A stretch of 35,093 nt of DNA from the NCBI RefSeq assembly GCF_001194135.2, contig NC_068984.1, positions 117,089,951 to 117,125,043 on the forward strand. The letters run 5' to 3'. Source of the DNA: Octopus bimaculoides. Its lineage: Eukaryota. Shown in pieces: positions 1 through 11,601 of this stretch. How positions within the stretch are numbered: the stretch's first letter is position 1; every line of letters begins with the position of its first letter. The notes under the pieces are model-generated. The model did not search any database. It was not told the DNA's origin and was given only the letters and a program-made list of their open reading frames with translations. The position numbers and the translations under genes were made by a program.

Positions 1-7
1 TATATAG

Positions 8-212
8 TAAATTCAATAAACGAAGAACAAACACAAAAAACAACGTGAGGGCGTGGTATATGTAAAGTATTAGCAGATGCTCGGGGAAGGAAACAAAGGT
101 GGTTTTTACTTTTCGAGCAAAGCTCTTCTTCAAAAGCAGAAGAAAGTCCAATAGAAAAAGAAGACGGAGGAAAAAAAATTGCCAACGATTCACATGTGGT
201 TACATTTTGAAA
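8..212 (-). mobile_element. Interspersed repeat carrying a decayed hammerhead-like motif (possible Penelope-like terminal fragment), copy 1
   Basis: Aligns by eye with 26045-26232 (caacgtgaggNcgtg...gNNgctcggg...tttcgagcNNagctcttc...acggaggaaNaaaaa...ggttacatt). Minus strand 137-102 reads GCTT-TTGAAGA-A-GAGC-TTT-GCTC-GAAA-AGTA-AAAAC. Confidence 0.55.
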
Positions 213-215
213 TGT

Positions 216-242
<27 letters not shown>

Positions 243-249
<7 letters not shown>

Positions 250-1523
250 TATTCATTAAATATTTCTTTTGACCCGCTTCCGTTTATTGCTGAAAACGGA
301 ACTTGTACAGATATATAATCATGTATGTCTCTACATGTTACATTGCAAATTGTAGCTTTCCACTAGTATTCGTTTGTCTTTTACGGCTGCTGAAGTAGAC
401 TAAGGTGTTATAATGGCGACAGTTGAATGCAGGTTAGTGATCAGGGTCTTCTACTTGAAAGGTCGTACACCAAAAGAGACTTTCGATGACATGAAAGAAG
501 TTTATCGTAACGATGCACTATCATACGACGTAGTTAAGCACTGGCATCGTCAGTTCAAATGTAATGGAAATTGCCCCTTTTCCTGGACGACTACCTTCCG
601 CCATTGATGACAACACCATCCATAAAGTGGAAGCCGCCATTTTGGAGAATCTCTGCATAACTATTCGGCAACTAGCCCAAGAAGTGAAGCTAGGCGTAGG
701 GTCAGGGGAAAAAATCATTCACGACCATTTGCACATATGGTAGTTGTCTGCACAATGGATTCCCCGGATGCTCACACCTTTTCAGAAGCAGGAACGAATC
801 AATTGCTCCCAGATTCTTTTGGCAATGTTCCAAGAAAACGAGGAGGACTTTTTCGGCAGACTTATCACGCAGAATGAAAGATGGTTCTATCCTAAAGTCC
901 AGTCGAAGCAATGGAAGCATGACAACTCATCACCTCCAAAGAAGGTTTGTGTCCAACTCTCAGCAGACAGAGTGATGCTCACAGTCTTTTGGGGCCAGCG
1001 CAGAGTAGTGCTAATGGATTTTCTAGCAAAGGACACCAAAATTAACGGGGCATATTATGCTTCTCTGCTGTAGAAATTGCGGTACGCCATCAAAGCAGAG
1101 AGGCGTAGCATGCTAGCCAAAGAAGCCAAAGGAGTCCGCCTCCACCAAGACAACACCCCAGTTCACAATGCGCATGTTGCCCAGATGAAAACACACTCAT
1201 GCGGCTATGAAATCCTTCCTCATCACCCTTACTTTCCCGACTTCGCACCGTCTGACTTCCACTTCTTTCCAACTATCAAGTCTTTTTTTGAAGGAGAAGC
1301 ACTTTTCGGATGTTGATGAACTTATTTCCGAGGTAAAAATCTTGGCTCCAGACGCAACCTACCGATTTCTACAGACGCGGTCTTCACAGCTGCATAAAGC
1401 AATGGGAGAAGTGTGTCACCATTGGTAGTGGCTATGTACTGAAGGACTAATAATTATGCCAAGTTTCGTTTATCCCAGTCCTTAGGAAGTGGGTCAGGGG
1501 AAATGTTTAATGAACATCCCTCG
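243..1523 (+). mobile_element. Full-length (1281 bp) decayed mariner DNA transposon with terminal inverted repeats
   Basis: TIR 243-266 cgaggggtattcattaaatatttc vs reverse complement of 1500-1523 cgagggatgttcattaaacatttc (21/24), with weaker similarity extending ~60 bp. TA at 1524-1525; left TA read as CA at the end of a (CA)n tract. Encloses a transposase pseudogene. Confidence 0.93.
413..1450 (+). pseudogene. Mariner (D,D34D) transposase pseudogene, frameshifted with stops
   Basis: ORF pieces give the N-terminal HTH (VIRVFYLKGRTPKETFDDMKEVY...VVKHWHRQFK), WIPRML (WVPHEL motif), ITQNERW (first D decayed), HQDNTPVH and HHPYFPDFAPSDFHFF (YSPDLAPSD motif). Confidence 0.93.
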
Positions 1524-1530
1524 TATACAT

Positions 1531-1707
1531 GAGAGAAAGTTGTGGTGGAAGAGTACAGCAAGGTTCGCCACCATCTCCTGCCGGAGCCTCGTGGAGCTTT
1601 AGGTGTTTTCGCTCAATAAACACCCACAACGCCCGGTCTGGGAATCGAACCGCGGTCCTACGACCGCGCGTCCGCTGCCCTAACCACTGGGCCATTGCGC
1701 CTCCACT
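1531..1707 (-). mobile_element. tRNA-derived SINE (CpG-rich, apparently young) with 11-bp TSD
   Basis: Minus strand has A-box TGGCCCAGTGG and B-box GGTTCGATTCC, then a non-tRNA body. CTCGTATACAT flanks it at 1520-1530 and 1708-1718. Confidence 0.85.
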
Positions 1708-1789
1708 CTCGTATACATACATACATACATACATGCATACATACATACATATACCTCACAGAAAGCTACAGAATTCTTACAGAGATGAC

Positions 1790-2720
1790 AGCATTCATAA
1801 GAGTTGAGCAAAAATGGGTGAAGAAGTTTACAGAAAGCGAAAGCAGTATTGAACATTTTACATAAGAGGAAACCATCAATTGCGACCACTAACATAAATT
1901 GTCAGCGAGTGGACGAATTAATTTGTGAGGACAGATGAGTCGAAATCCGCAAGCTTGCTGAACAACTGAACTGTGGTCACAGATTTTAGGGGACTGGGTA
2001 TTGGAAAATATGTACAAAAAAAAAAGGATACTTAGGTAGTTGAAACCCAATTTGAACAAAAGAACTGTGGAAATCTGTTCTGATCTGCTGGAAGCGTTTG
2101 AAGCCAATGAACACACGTATCTTCCCGATCTAGGGATAAGGAATGATATGTGGGCATATCTTTGTGATCAGGAAACGAAGAATAAGTTTTCGGAAAAGTG
2201 TCACACATTTTCTTCAAGGCCTAGAAGTTAAGGAGCTAGCGATCGGCATAGAAAGTGAGAGTGACTGTTTTGGGACAAGACAAGGGAGTTCTTCTCTTTT
2301 AATGTGGCTGAACTGCGAACAGTGTAAGGTATGTTATGACACTAAAAAATGCTTAAAGAAGCCGTTGGGAGGGAGATATCAAATAAGTATCTGAAAACGA
2401 CTCGTATACATCATAACAATACACCTCTTTGGCAACAAATCTGCAAATTGAACTGATCTCTGGTTCTCCATCCTCTATAAAGTTTAGATGTGCCACTCTC
2501 TGACTTCCTCGAATTTTGTCCAGTGAAGGGCAGTCTTCGGAAACAATGGTATCATGACACAGACTGTAAAGGAGTGGGTACAAGAATGCATATCAGAGAA
2601 TTTTCAAAGAGGACTTGAGAGATAGAGGTCAAAGATGGTGCAAGCGTATCGATGGAGCACCATTGTATAGGAAGAAGTTATTCGAGCACCATGTGCAATT
2701 TGTACGACCAATGTCCGTCA
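1790..2720 (+). pseudogene. Second, more decayed mariner transposase remnant
   Basis: Hand translation across frameshifts: WVKKFTESES...PSIATTNINCQRVDELICEDR; EICSDLLEAFEANEHTYL...NDMWAYLCDQETK; KVRVTV(F)W; RIHHNNTP (HDNARPH); LHPL*SLDVPLSDFLEFCPVKGSLR (HPPYSPDLAPSDFHLFGPLK). No TIRs found. Confidence 0.72.
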
Positions 2721-3007
2721 ATAAAAATAGTCAGGCCATTTATTTTCGCATTTTTCCTATTCACTGAATACTTTGTTAAATTTTTCCTATTGCGTGAAGA
2801 AACATACATTTCCTGTACAATATATATGAATATGAATGCATCAATGCCGGTGCGCATTGATGCCGTCGAGAGGTAGGCCCCGAAACGGCGTGCATTCTCT
2901 CCCGATGACCCCATACACTTGCTGGCTTCCGGTATGCGGAGTTCTCGACTGGTAGCACTTGCATGTGCGAGTTGTTTACAAGACATAAGGATGAACATAT
3001 GTGTACA

Positions 3008-3175
3008 CAAATACACATACATACATACATATATACATACATACATACATGCATACATACATACATACATACATACATACATACATACATACATACATAC
3101 ATACACACATACATACGTACGTACATGCATACGCGCATGCATACATACGTACATACACACACACACACATCACAC
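3008..3175. repeat. (CATA)n compound microsatellite
   Basis: Direct inspection; source of the YVCM/IHTY pseudo-ORFs. Confidence 0.95.
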
Positions 3176-3399
3176 GTATATAAAAAAAATGTGGAGTTTG
3201 TTTTAAGAGTCAGCCGTCACTTGCGAACGAGTATAACTTGGCAGCATGTACCATGCTACAGCTAATTATTTTAGATACTGATATAGTCACGAACAGACAT
3301 AGACACTTTTTTCGCTCACCACACTTTGACCCAGAGGTGCATTCATGATGTGACAGCTGGAAAGAGAGAGAGTGGGGGAGAGAGAGTTGCACTAGAACT

Positions 3400-3472
3400 C
3401 GGTAGGTACTCATTTTCAGGTGCACCCCGTTGATTGAAGCAAACTGAAATAAAGTGATGTGCTTAAAATAAA
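3400..3472 (-). mobile_element. SINE family C fragment
   Basis: gtactcattttcaggtgcacccc...gaagcaaactgaaataaagtg resembles 34005-34060 and, in reverse, 6380-6440. Confidence 0.4.
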
Positions 3473-3721
3473 ATGCATTTCAATATTCTGTTACAATCCC
3501 TCTACAGCATGAGTTCAAATATCATCAAATTAGATATCGATTTGCATGCAACTTTCCTGGGGCCAATAAATTATTTAACCGTAATATATTGGAGACGAGT
3601 TAATTGATTATTGTGAAAACTTTATTTGGGTCGTGATGAAATAATCAATATTCGACTAATCGAATTCGAAGTTTCTATTGATTGCAATTAAAACTGGTTT
3701 CATTAAAAAGTGAATACAACA

Positions 3722-3875
3722 TAGGCGCAGGCATGACATCGTTGCTTAAACAAATTTGCTTTACAACCCCGAGGTTCTCGGTTCAGTCTTACTGCAGAGC
3801 GTCTTGAGAAAGTGTTTTCTAATATAGTGCAGAGTCAACCAGTATCTTATGAGTAAGTTTGGTTGACGGGAACTG
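3722..3875 (+). mobile_element. SINE family A, decayed 5' half
   Basis: ggcgcaggcatg...ggttctcggttcagtc...aagtgttttctaatatag...tttggttgacgggaactg matches the head of 21540-21938. Confidence 0.7.
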
Positions 3876-3918
3876 GGTGGGAACAAGTAAAAGGTAAAAG
3901 ATATATACATACACATAC

Positions 3919-3949
<31 letters not shown>

Positions 3950-3974
3950 TATACATACATATATATTTATTTAT

Positions 3975-4016
3975 GGGTTTCAGCCAAGTAGCTGCGGTCA
4001 TGCTGGAGCACCACCG
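3975..4016 (-). mobile_element. SINE family A, 3' tail fragment
   Basis: Reverse complement ggtgctccagcatgaccgcagc...ctgaaac matches 21885-21920. Confidence 0.6.
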
Positions 4017-4484
4017 TCTTTATGCTGTGCTCTCTTCACGTTCCTTGCATGGCTCTTCTCCTCCACCTGATATAGTCCAATCAAGAGTTTTGATGGCACA
4101 TATGGTGTATAAGAGAATTTGACATCGCTGCCCTAAACTGTCTCATTTTGAGCCANNNNNNNNNNNNNNNNNNNNNNNNNNNNNNNNNNNNNNNNNNNNN
4201 NNNNNNNNNNNNNNNNNNNNNNNNNNNNNNNNNNNNNNNNNNNNNNNNNNNNNNNNNNNNNNNNNNNNNNNNNNNNNNNNNNNNNNNNNNNNNNNNNNNN
4301 NNNNNNNNNNNNNNNNNNNNNNNNNTTAAAACGTGGGTAGCTGATGAAGTAGAATGTTCTCTATGTGGCTCGTGTGTTCTCGTCTACGTTTGTTTGCAAT
4401 GTCCTGTACCCAGATATGCACCTATACATACAGGTGGATGTCGGTATGCACATACCTGTACGTATATATGCATATACTCATTTA

Positions 4485-4522
<38 letters not shown>

Positions 4523-4542
4523 CATACAATATATTCAAAATG

Positions 4543-5168
4543 TCTTTTATATTTTGTTTGAATTGTTTCAATCATTGGACTGCCACCACGCTGAGGCACT
4601 GATTCAAGTGTTTAGTTGAACAACTCAAAACCAGTACTTATTTTTTAAGCTTGGCGCATTTCCTGTCGGACACTTTTACCGAACGCTAAGTTACGGGGAC
4701 AATAACAAGCCAACACCGATTGTAAAGAGGTGGTGGAGGAGGACAAACATAAACACAAAGATACACACACATATAGATACACACATACACACAAATAGAT
4801 ACACACACATAGATACACACACTCATATAGATACACACACACACACAAATAGATATATGCACTCATATAGATACACACACACACATAGGTACACACACAT
4901 AGTCACACACACACACATATATAGATACACACACATATAGATACACACACATGGATACACACACATAAATACACACACACATAAATACACACATACACAC
5001 ATATAGACGGGCTTCTTTCTGTTTCCATCTACCAAATCTCTCCACATGGCTTTGGTAGGCCCGGGACTATTGTAGAGGAGACACTTGCCTTAGCTGCCTT
5101 GCAGCGGGATTGAAACAGGAACCGTATGGTTGAGAAGCAAACTCCCTAGCACTCAGCCACGTCGTGCC
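4543..5168 (-). mobile_element. SINE family A, full copy with an expanded internal microsatellite (about 4752-5006)
   Basis: Head (5005-5168) and tail (4543-4750) align in reverse to 21540-21938. Confidence 0.8.
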
Positions 5169-5382
5169 TATATCTAACCACCAAAATAAATTTTAAGAGC
5201 TTGTGTGTGGGAGTATGTGTGAGTGTGTGTGATATGTGTGTGTGTTTGTGTATAGTTGCGGTTGGGTTGTATATGTGTATAGAGGATGCATGTGTCTCTG
5301 TGTATCTGTGGGAATGTGTATTATATGTGCGTATTAAGGTTAGTGAGTGCATGTATACATGCGAGAATTTCGAGTTGCGAGT

Positions 5383-5430
<48 letters not shown>

Positions 5431-5949
5431 TGGAAATGTTGGGTGTATGTATATGTATGCATGAATGATGCATGTGTCAGAGAGTATCTGTGTGAGAGCG
5501 AGCGTTTCCGTGTATTGAAATTGGTGCATGTATGTATGTATGTATGTGCGTATGCATGGTTTGTTTGACTACTGGCTGGTTGGTTTGTTGGTTGGTCTAA
5601 TAATGTGCGAGTATTTGAAAATATGCGTACATATGTGTGTACATGTTCGTGTTTGTGTGTTTGCGTTTGTGTGGTAGTATGTGCCTACGTGGATGTACCA
5701 GCGTGTGGGGAGGCGAAAGGAGTGACCATATTATAATTAGTGAAACAGAAGTTTCCGTAATAATTATTAATTGTCTGCAATAAACAAATTATCACAAAAA
5801 ACCCACATGTAATGCTTTATGCAATGATATTTTTCTTTTTATAAAAATGTGTTATAGAATTATTTCGTAACAATTTATCAATTGATAACTAATGAAATAT
5901 TAATTAGCTATTAATTGATGTTCATTGTATTGCCAAGTGCAAAATAAGT

Positions 5950-6232
5950 TAGGGGCTGTGTGGTAAGAAGTTTGCTTCTCAAGTACATGGTTCCAGGTTC
6001 AATACCACCACGTGGAACCTTGTTCACGTGTTTTCTACTATAGCGACGGGCCGATCAAAGCCTTCTGAGTGGATTTGGTTGACGGAAACTGAAAGAAACT
6101 CGTCGCGTATGTATACATCTATGTGTGTGTATATTTGTTAACAATCGGTGTTGGTTTGTTAACTCGTAACTTAGCGGTTCGGTATAAGTAACCGACAGAA
6201 TAAGAGCAGGTTTTTAAAAACTTAAGTTCTGG
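5950..6232 (+). mobile_element. SINE family A copy, 3'-truncated
   Basis: ggctgtgtggtaagaagtttgcttc...ggttccaggttcaataccac...gatttggttgacggaaactgaaagaa...taacttagcggttcgg. Confidence 0.85.
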
Positions 6233-6307
6233 GCAGTGGCGGCTCGTGTATAGGCACTGCTTATAAAAAAATTATTTAAGATTTAAACATTTATTTTGAT
6301 AATGTAA

Positions 6308-6510
6308 AGGAAGGTTAGAGTGTTGCACTCACGATCACAAGATCGTGGTTTCAACTCCCGGATTAGACAGTGCGTTGTGCGTTTGAGCAAGGCACTTCGT
6401 TTCACGTTACTTCAGTCCACTCAGCTGCAAATGAGTAACCCTACGACGGACAGCCGTCCTGTTCACGGGTAGAATTGTGACCTCAGTCACTTATAAACTG
6501 GGTAACCTTA
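6308..6510 (+). mobile_element. SINE family C copy
   Basis: Decayed tRNA-like head (ggtttcaactccc) then ttgagcaaggcacttcgtttcacgttacttcagtccactcagctgcaaatgagta; reverse match to 33848-34125. Confidence 0.65.
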
Positions 6511-8050
6511 CTGTCTCGTGCTCTATGACTCGACACAATACGATTCAAGTAAATTAATTATTATTTAAAACGTCGCACAGTATCCAATATCGTGATGTTG
6601 TTGATTGAAGATATTGTGTCTATCGGGGGGTTTGTACTGTCTGCCAAGTCACAACACTTGTATTTTAAATATTTTGTAAACTTCAGAAATCGAAATTACA
6701 GGAAATTTCTTGGAACATGAATTTATAAAAACATTTCCAGACGGTCAAGCCTTTAATAATTGCTGTCTTTTAGTAACTGTTACATACCTAATTCACAAAC
6801 AGTTTTCTCCATTATATATATATATCTTAGAATAACACTATAGAATAGGTATGAGAGGATAAATCTGGCTGGCTGAAATGTTAAAGAGTTGAAAGATACA
6901 TGCATTTGGTGCGTCTTCTATCAAGCTGCGAATAAGCAGGCAACGGAAGCAATTATTGTTTACTGCTCAAACTACAGTCCTTCCTGCTCGCCTCCAAAGG
7001 GGACACCTAGGATAATTGTACAACACATGTCATGTATTTCGATTTTAAATGATGTTCAGCACGAATTCAAGGCTATTATACAGTATGCAGTCACCAGTCG
7101 AGTAACAAACTAAAGATGATGTCCATACCTCCATGCTTGGTGAAATCAATGCAAGGTCAGAGAAGCGCCAGAGAAGCGCCTGCAGTAACTCTACAAAACT
7201 ACAGAAACGTTTACACTGGGTAAGGTGGCGGTGTTCCTAATGGTTTCACGCGGGAGCAACCCACACATATACAAAGGGGCACTGAAAGTTCCTGGCTTTG
7301 AGGATATAAAAAAAAGTAAAGGCTTTTTATGAAAAGTAACGCTAGATATATACAAGTAGATGAACTGAGGTAGGAATAAAAGTAATAAAAGTCATTATTG
7401 TTCGACTATATATATATATATNNNNNNNNNNNNNNNNNNNNNNNNNNNNNNNNNNNNNNNNNNNNNNNNNNNNNNNNNNNNNNNNNNNNNNNNNNNNNNN
7501 NNNNNNNNNNNNNNNNNNNNNNNNNNNNNNNNNNNNNNNNNNNNNNNNNNNNNNNNNNNNNNNNNNNNNNNNNNNNNNNNNNNNNNNNNNNNNNNNNNNN
7601 NNNNNNNNNNNNNNNNNNNNNNNNNNNNNNNNNNNNNNNNNNNNNNNNNNNNNNNNNNNNNNNNNNNNNNNNNNNNNNNNNNNNNNNNNNNNNNNNNNNN
7701 NNNNNNNNNNNNNNNNNNNNNNNNNNNNNNNNNNNNNNNNNNNNNNNNNNNNNNNNNNNNNNNNNNNNNNNNNNNNNNNNNNNNNNNNNNNNNNNNNNNN
7801 NNNNNNNNNNNNNNNNNNNNNNNNNNNNNNNNNNNNNNNNNNNNNNNNNNNNNNNNNNNNNNNNNNNNNNNNNNNNNNNNNNNNNNNNNNNNNNNNNNNN
7901 NNNNNNNNNNNNNNNNNNNNNNNNNNNNNNNNNNNNNNNNNNNNNNNNNNNNNNNNNNNNNNNNNNNNNNNNNNNNNNNNNNNNNNNNNNNNNNNNNNNN
8001 NNNNNNNNNNNNNNNNNNNNNNNNNNNNNNNNNNNNNNNNNNNNNNNNNN

Positions 8051-8120
<70 letters not shown>

Positions 8121-10243
8121 TGTATGTATATGCATATAAGTATGCAAAATTGAAGAAGAAGAAGAAGAAGAAAGAAAGAAAGAAAGAAAGAAGAGAAAGA
8201 AGGAAGAAAGAAAGAATAAAAGAAAGAACTTGTCAACATCGTTGGCCATACGATGCTACAACCAATCAACCAATGAAAGTTGCCCAATAAGGAACTAATT
8301 TCGAACTGGACGTCTTCGTTGATCGAACAAACATTGAATTAATAATGCTAACATGTCTTGCTGGCAGTGAAAACATTTAATTGCGTTTATTTTCGTGCAA
8401 CCTACTTCTCACCCCAACACCGAGATCGTGAACATTAATACCACCACCACCACCACCATCTCCGTCACTACCACTCTTATCACCACCATCGTCAACGTAA
8501 TAGTCATAATTAAGATCAATACTCACTCCAAACTTCCTATCCCACCTCTCACGCCGAACACTGTTTGGTTCTTTTGTCATTCGCTGGCCATTAAAAACCA
8601 TAAGGAGATTCTGAGGAGGTTTAATTGCTGTGCAAGAACACACTTGCAATGACGGAGTGCAAACGAATATAAGCGTGGATTTTTACCGAGTGTTCATGTA
8701 TATTATTATTGCCCGTTAACAATGTTCTCCTTTCTGCTGCCACTGCTGTTGCTACTACGACTGCTACTGCTGCTGCTGCTGCTGCTGCTATAATTTTTTA
8801 AATACATTCTGTTTATTTATTTATAGTTACTGTTTATATTTTTTTCCGTTTCTTGTCATAACCAATGAATCAACATTGACGAATAAATATATACATATGA
8901 TCGACCTGGAAATAGCAGCCAAATCTCTCAAATTTCACGCCAGATAACGTAGTCCTGTGTTCTTTGCATATGCAAAAATACAGGCTGTTCATGGATGGAA
9001 GAATTTTGCCAATATGGTTTCTCGTCTGCTTGATCGGGACTAACTCGGTGGTAAACAAAGATGACAATAACTATCGATGCTTTAGTGTAGTTCTGGGTTC
9101 TTTGCATAAAGGGAAAAATACGCCATGTTTACGGCTGGAACGGTTTTCACAATAGAGTTGCTCTTCTGATAATCAGAGCTGACCTGGGACTAAGCAACAA
9201 TAATAAACACTGGTGATTATCATTAAACTTCTTATGTTTTTCGACTTTGCTTGTCAATCTATCTATGTATTGGAGCAATGTCAACCAAGAAATAACGTGT
9301 ATTAATGGTAGAGGGCCTAAAGCAACCACTCCAAAATGTGAATCCGGAAACCTTTGATATATTTCCTGTTACTTCCATTTTTTATATCGGTGGAATATAT
9401 ATATTATTCCGTGCTATTATTTTGTGAACGTAGTTATTATAAGAGGAATGATAATTTCTTTATGGCATTTGGCGTGATTAGAAATTTGAAATTGAAATTA
9501 ATGCATTATAAGGAAAAAGATGAAAAGAATCCAAGTATTCAATTTTGTTTACTTACTACGAAGTTCTTAGAATTTTTAGTCGGTGGTAATCCTGTAGAGC
9601 ACTATATCATTCTTTTTAGAAATCAGCAGCATGATATTACCAATGATTTATTAATTAAACATTTTATGAAGCAAAACATTTCCTCATGCGGATATAGCCA
9701 AAAAACTATGGAAATTGCAAAAAAGGCGGTAGATATGATGAAACACTTTTGCGATTTTAATGTATTATTGTGTTTGCAAATATCCATATAATACATATTT
9801 TTCATCAGACGTCTGGATTTGTTTTTCTACTCTGCTGGCAACATCTCTCAAATAGAGTAATGCCTTCTAAAACATAAAGATTATTTATGTTAGTAGCCTT
9901 GAAATAACCAGTCATATATCGGTGTCTCGTTGAGAACGGTTGCTAAAATTCTTGTTTGAAAATCTGGACCTAATTATTAATTTAGAAGTAAATTGTAAAC
10001 ATCTTAAATTTAAAAATACACTGGGAAATCGTTATGTCTTGATAAATTTAAAGCAAGAAAATTATCTTGGCTTTACTCCATGTTATATATTTTATGTGTA
10101 AAGGAGGTGATTGTTAAATTTTTTGAACAGTCATAGTCTTGCTCCGGATTCAGAATATTTAACTCCTTAATGATAATGTCATGAGCTATTACTTCTTCAC
10201 ATTTTAAATTATTGATACCAGTCTCAAAACTGAGTTGGGTTTA

Positions 10244-10560
10244 GGGGCGATATTGGGTTTCTGGGAATTGGATCCAAGACTAACCTCTAACTTATTACAG
10301 GCATCCAATTCTAGCACACACTAAATCCAACTTGCATCTACATTTCCAGTGTCTACTGTTAAACAAATTTCTTGTTTACCATTATAAATTAAATTAAGTC
10401 GGTTGTCTTCTGTCCAGGAGTTAACTTCTCCATCTGTGTTCATAACTAACTTTTTTATACGATTGAATATTTATTATGGCTATCAAAGTCCCCAATTTTC
10501 AGCGAATTGTGCTAATACAAGTTTCGAGCTTTCGGTCTAATGCTTTACTATAAACCAATT
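10244..10560 (-). pseudogene. Non-LTR retrotransposon APE-type endonuclease remnant (I/jockey-group-like)
   Basis: Minus-strand hand translation across frameshifts: KIGDFDSH (GDFNSH); NTDGEVNSWTEDNRLNLIYNGKQ; FNSRHWKCRCKLDLVCA (FNSxRWKxGYNPDL-like); VLDPIP..TQYRP (VLDPIPHTQHRP-like). Correct order and spacing. Confidence 0.75.
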
Positions 10561-11010
10561 TTTGAAAAGTATTTTATACAAGGCACGACAAAAATACCTT
10601 CAGGCTCCACCATTCATGACGAACGTTTCAACACAAACGTACAATGAGTAATGATCCAAATCATAACGGTAACTAAAGAAAAGACATTATATGAAAGCAC
10701 CATTACCATTAGCCTAACTTTACTTGCGCCTCACCAATGGATCTTAAAATTGTGGGAGATTTATCTATCGTATTTTGCACAATAAAGTGGTAGTAATCCG
10801 TTAAACAGCTTTGCAGCCTCTACAAGAATTTCAGTTCACTTTAACGAGACAACAGGTATATAGACAATTCGTAGCTTGCATCATTTTCTGGAAATGATCA
10901 TAATAAGCCATACAGCGTATGAAGTTCTCTTTGAAAAAGTGTACTTTTTAAGTAAAATTTCACCTACCTCTTTGTAATATAAATACATTCACTTTTATAT
11001 AATCAGGTAT

Positions 11011-11525
11011 AAGCAACTGAAGTTCACAGAAACTGTCACCCCAACATTGTTAATGCTAGACAGAATGCTGATTGTGGAAGCATCTAAGAAAGTGGTTCTG
11101 TTAGAACTCTTCATACCCTAGGAGGACCATATAAAGGAAGCATATGAGAGGAAGAGAATGAACTATGCTGAGCTCTTCGAGTTACGTCGAGACAATGAGT
11201 GGCAAACATGGTACACTCCCATTGATATGGGATGCAGAGAGTTTGCAAGCCAGCCCCACTGTAGAGTCCAGAACATGCTGGGCTGTACAGCGCCTAGTAG
11301 GTGGCAGGCTATTACAGTTGGCTATCTAGAAAGCAGGAGTTGCTTCAAGGTGACTGTAGATGGAGGTGTGAGCCCCGGAAAAAGTAGTTATACCTAGAGT
11401 AGAACAGGACACAAGCAGGGATTTTCACAACTCTGGTCGGGTCACCTGGTGATGGTGTCTGATTGTTGAAAGAATCTAGACACTTAATTATCCGAGAAAA
11501 CATCATTAGTGATGTATCCAGGTAC
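11011..11525 (+). mobile_element. 3' fragment of a restriction-like-endonuclease non-LTR retrotransposon (HERO/NeSL-like), with 3' UTR
   Basis: One frame from 11011: KQLKFTETVTPTLLMLDRMLIVEASKKVVLLELFIP*EDHIKEAYERKRMNYAEL...WYTPIDMGCREFASQ, matching the LRPD...VxLLELTVPWE...AxERKxxKY...EVGCRGF RLE signature. TGG>TAG stop at 11119. Confidence 0.85.
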
Positions 11526-11601
11526 ATTACAATATGATCTATGAATTGAACTATACCAGCTATTGGCTGTTTATTGTTTTCTCAATATATTAAGCACATT
11601 A

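Noticed and set aside
1630-1707. tRNA gene
   Set aside because: A and B boxes are present but no acceptor stem closes; it continues into a SINE body and has a TSD.
4341-4347. Isolated CTGATGA/CTGACGA cores (also 9802 -, 16091 +, 22910 -)
   Set aside because: No correctly placed GAAA with paired stems.
7268-7300. tacaaaggggcactgaaagttcctggc resembling a mariner TIR
   Set aside because: No partner TIR visible; the adjacent gap prevents assessment.
9354-9791. 145-aa ORF as a host gene
   Set aside because: No recognisable motif or splice support; AT-rich low-complexity start. May be antisense to the decayed LINE at 10244-10560.
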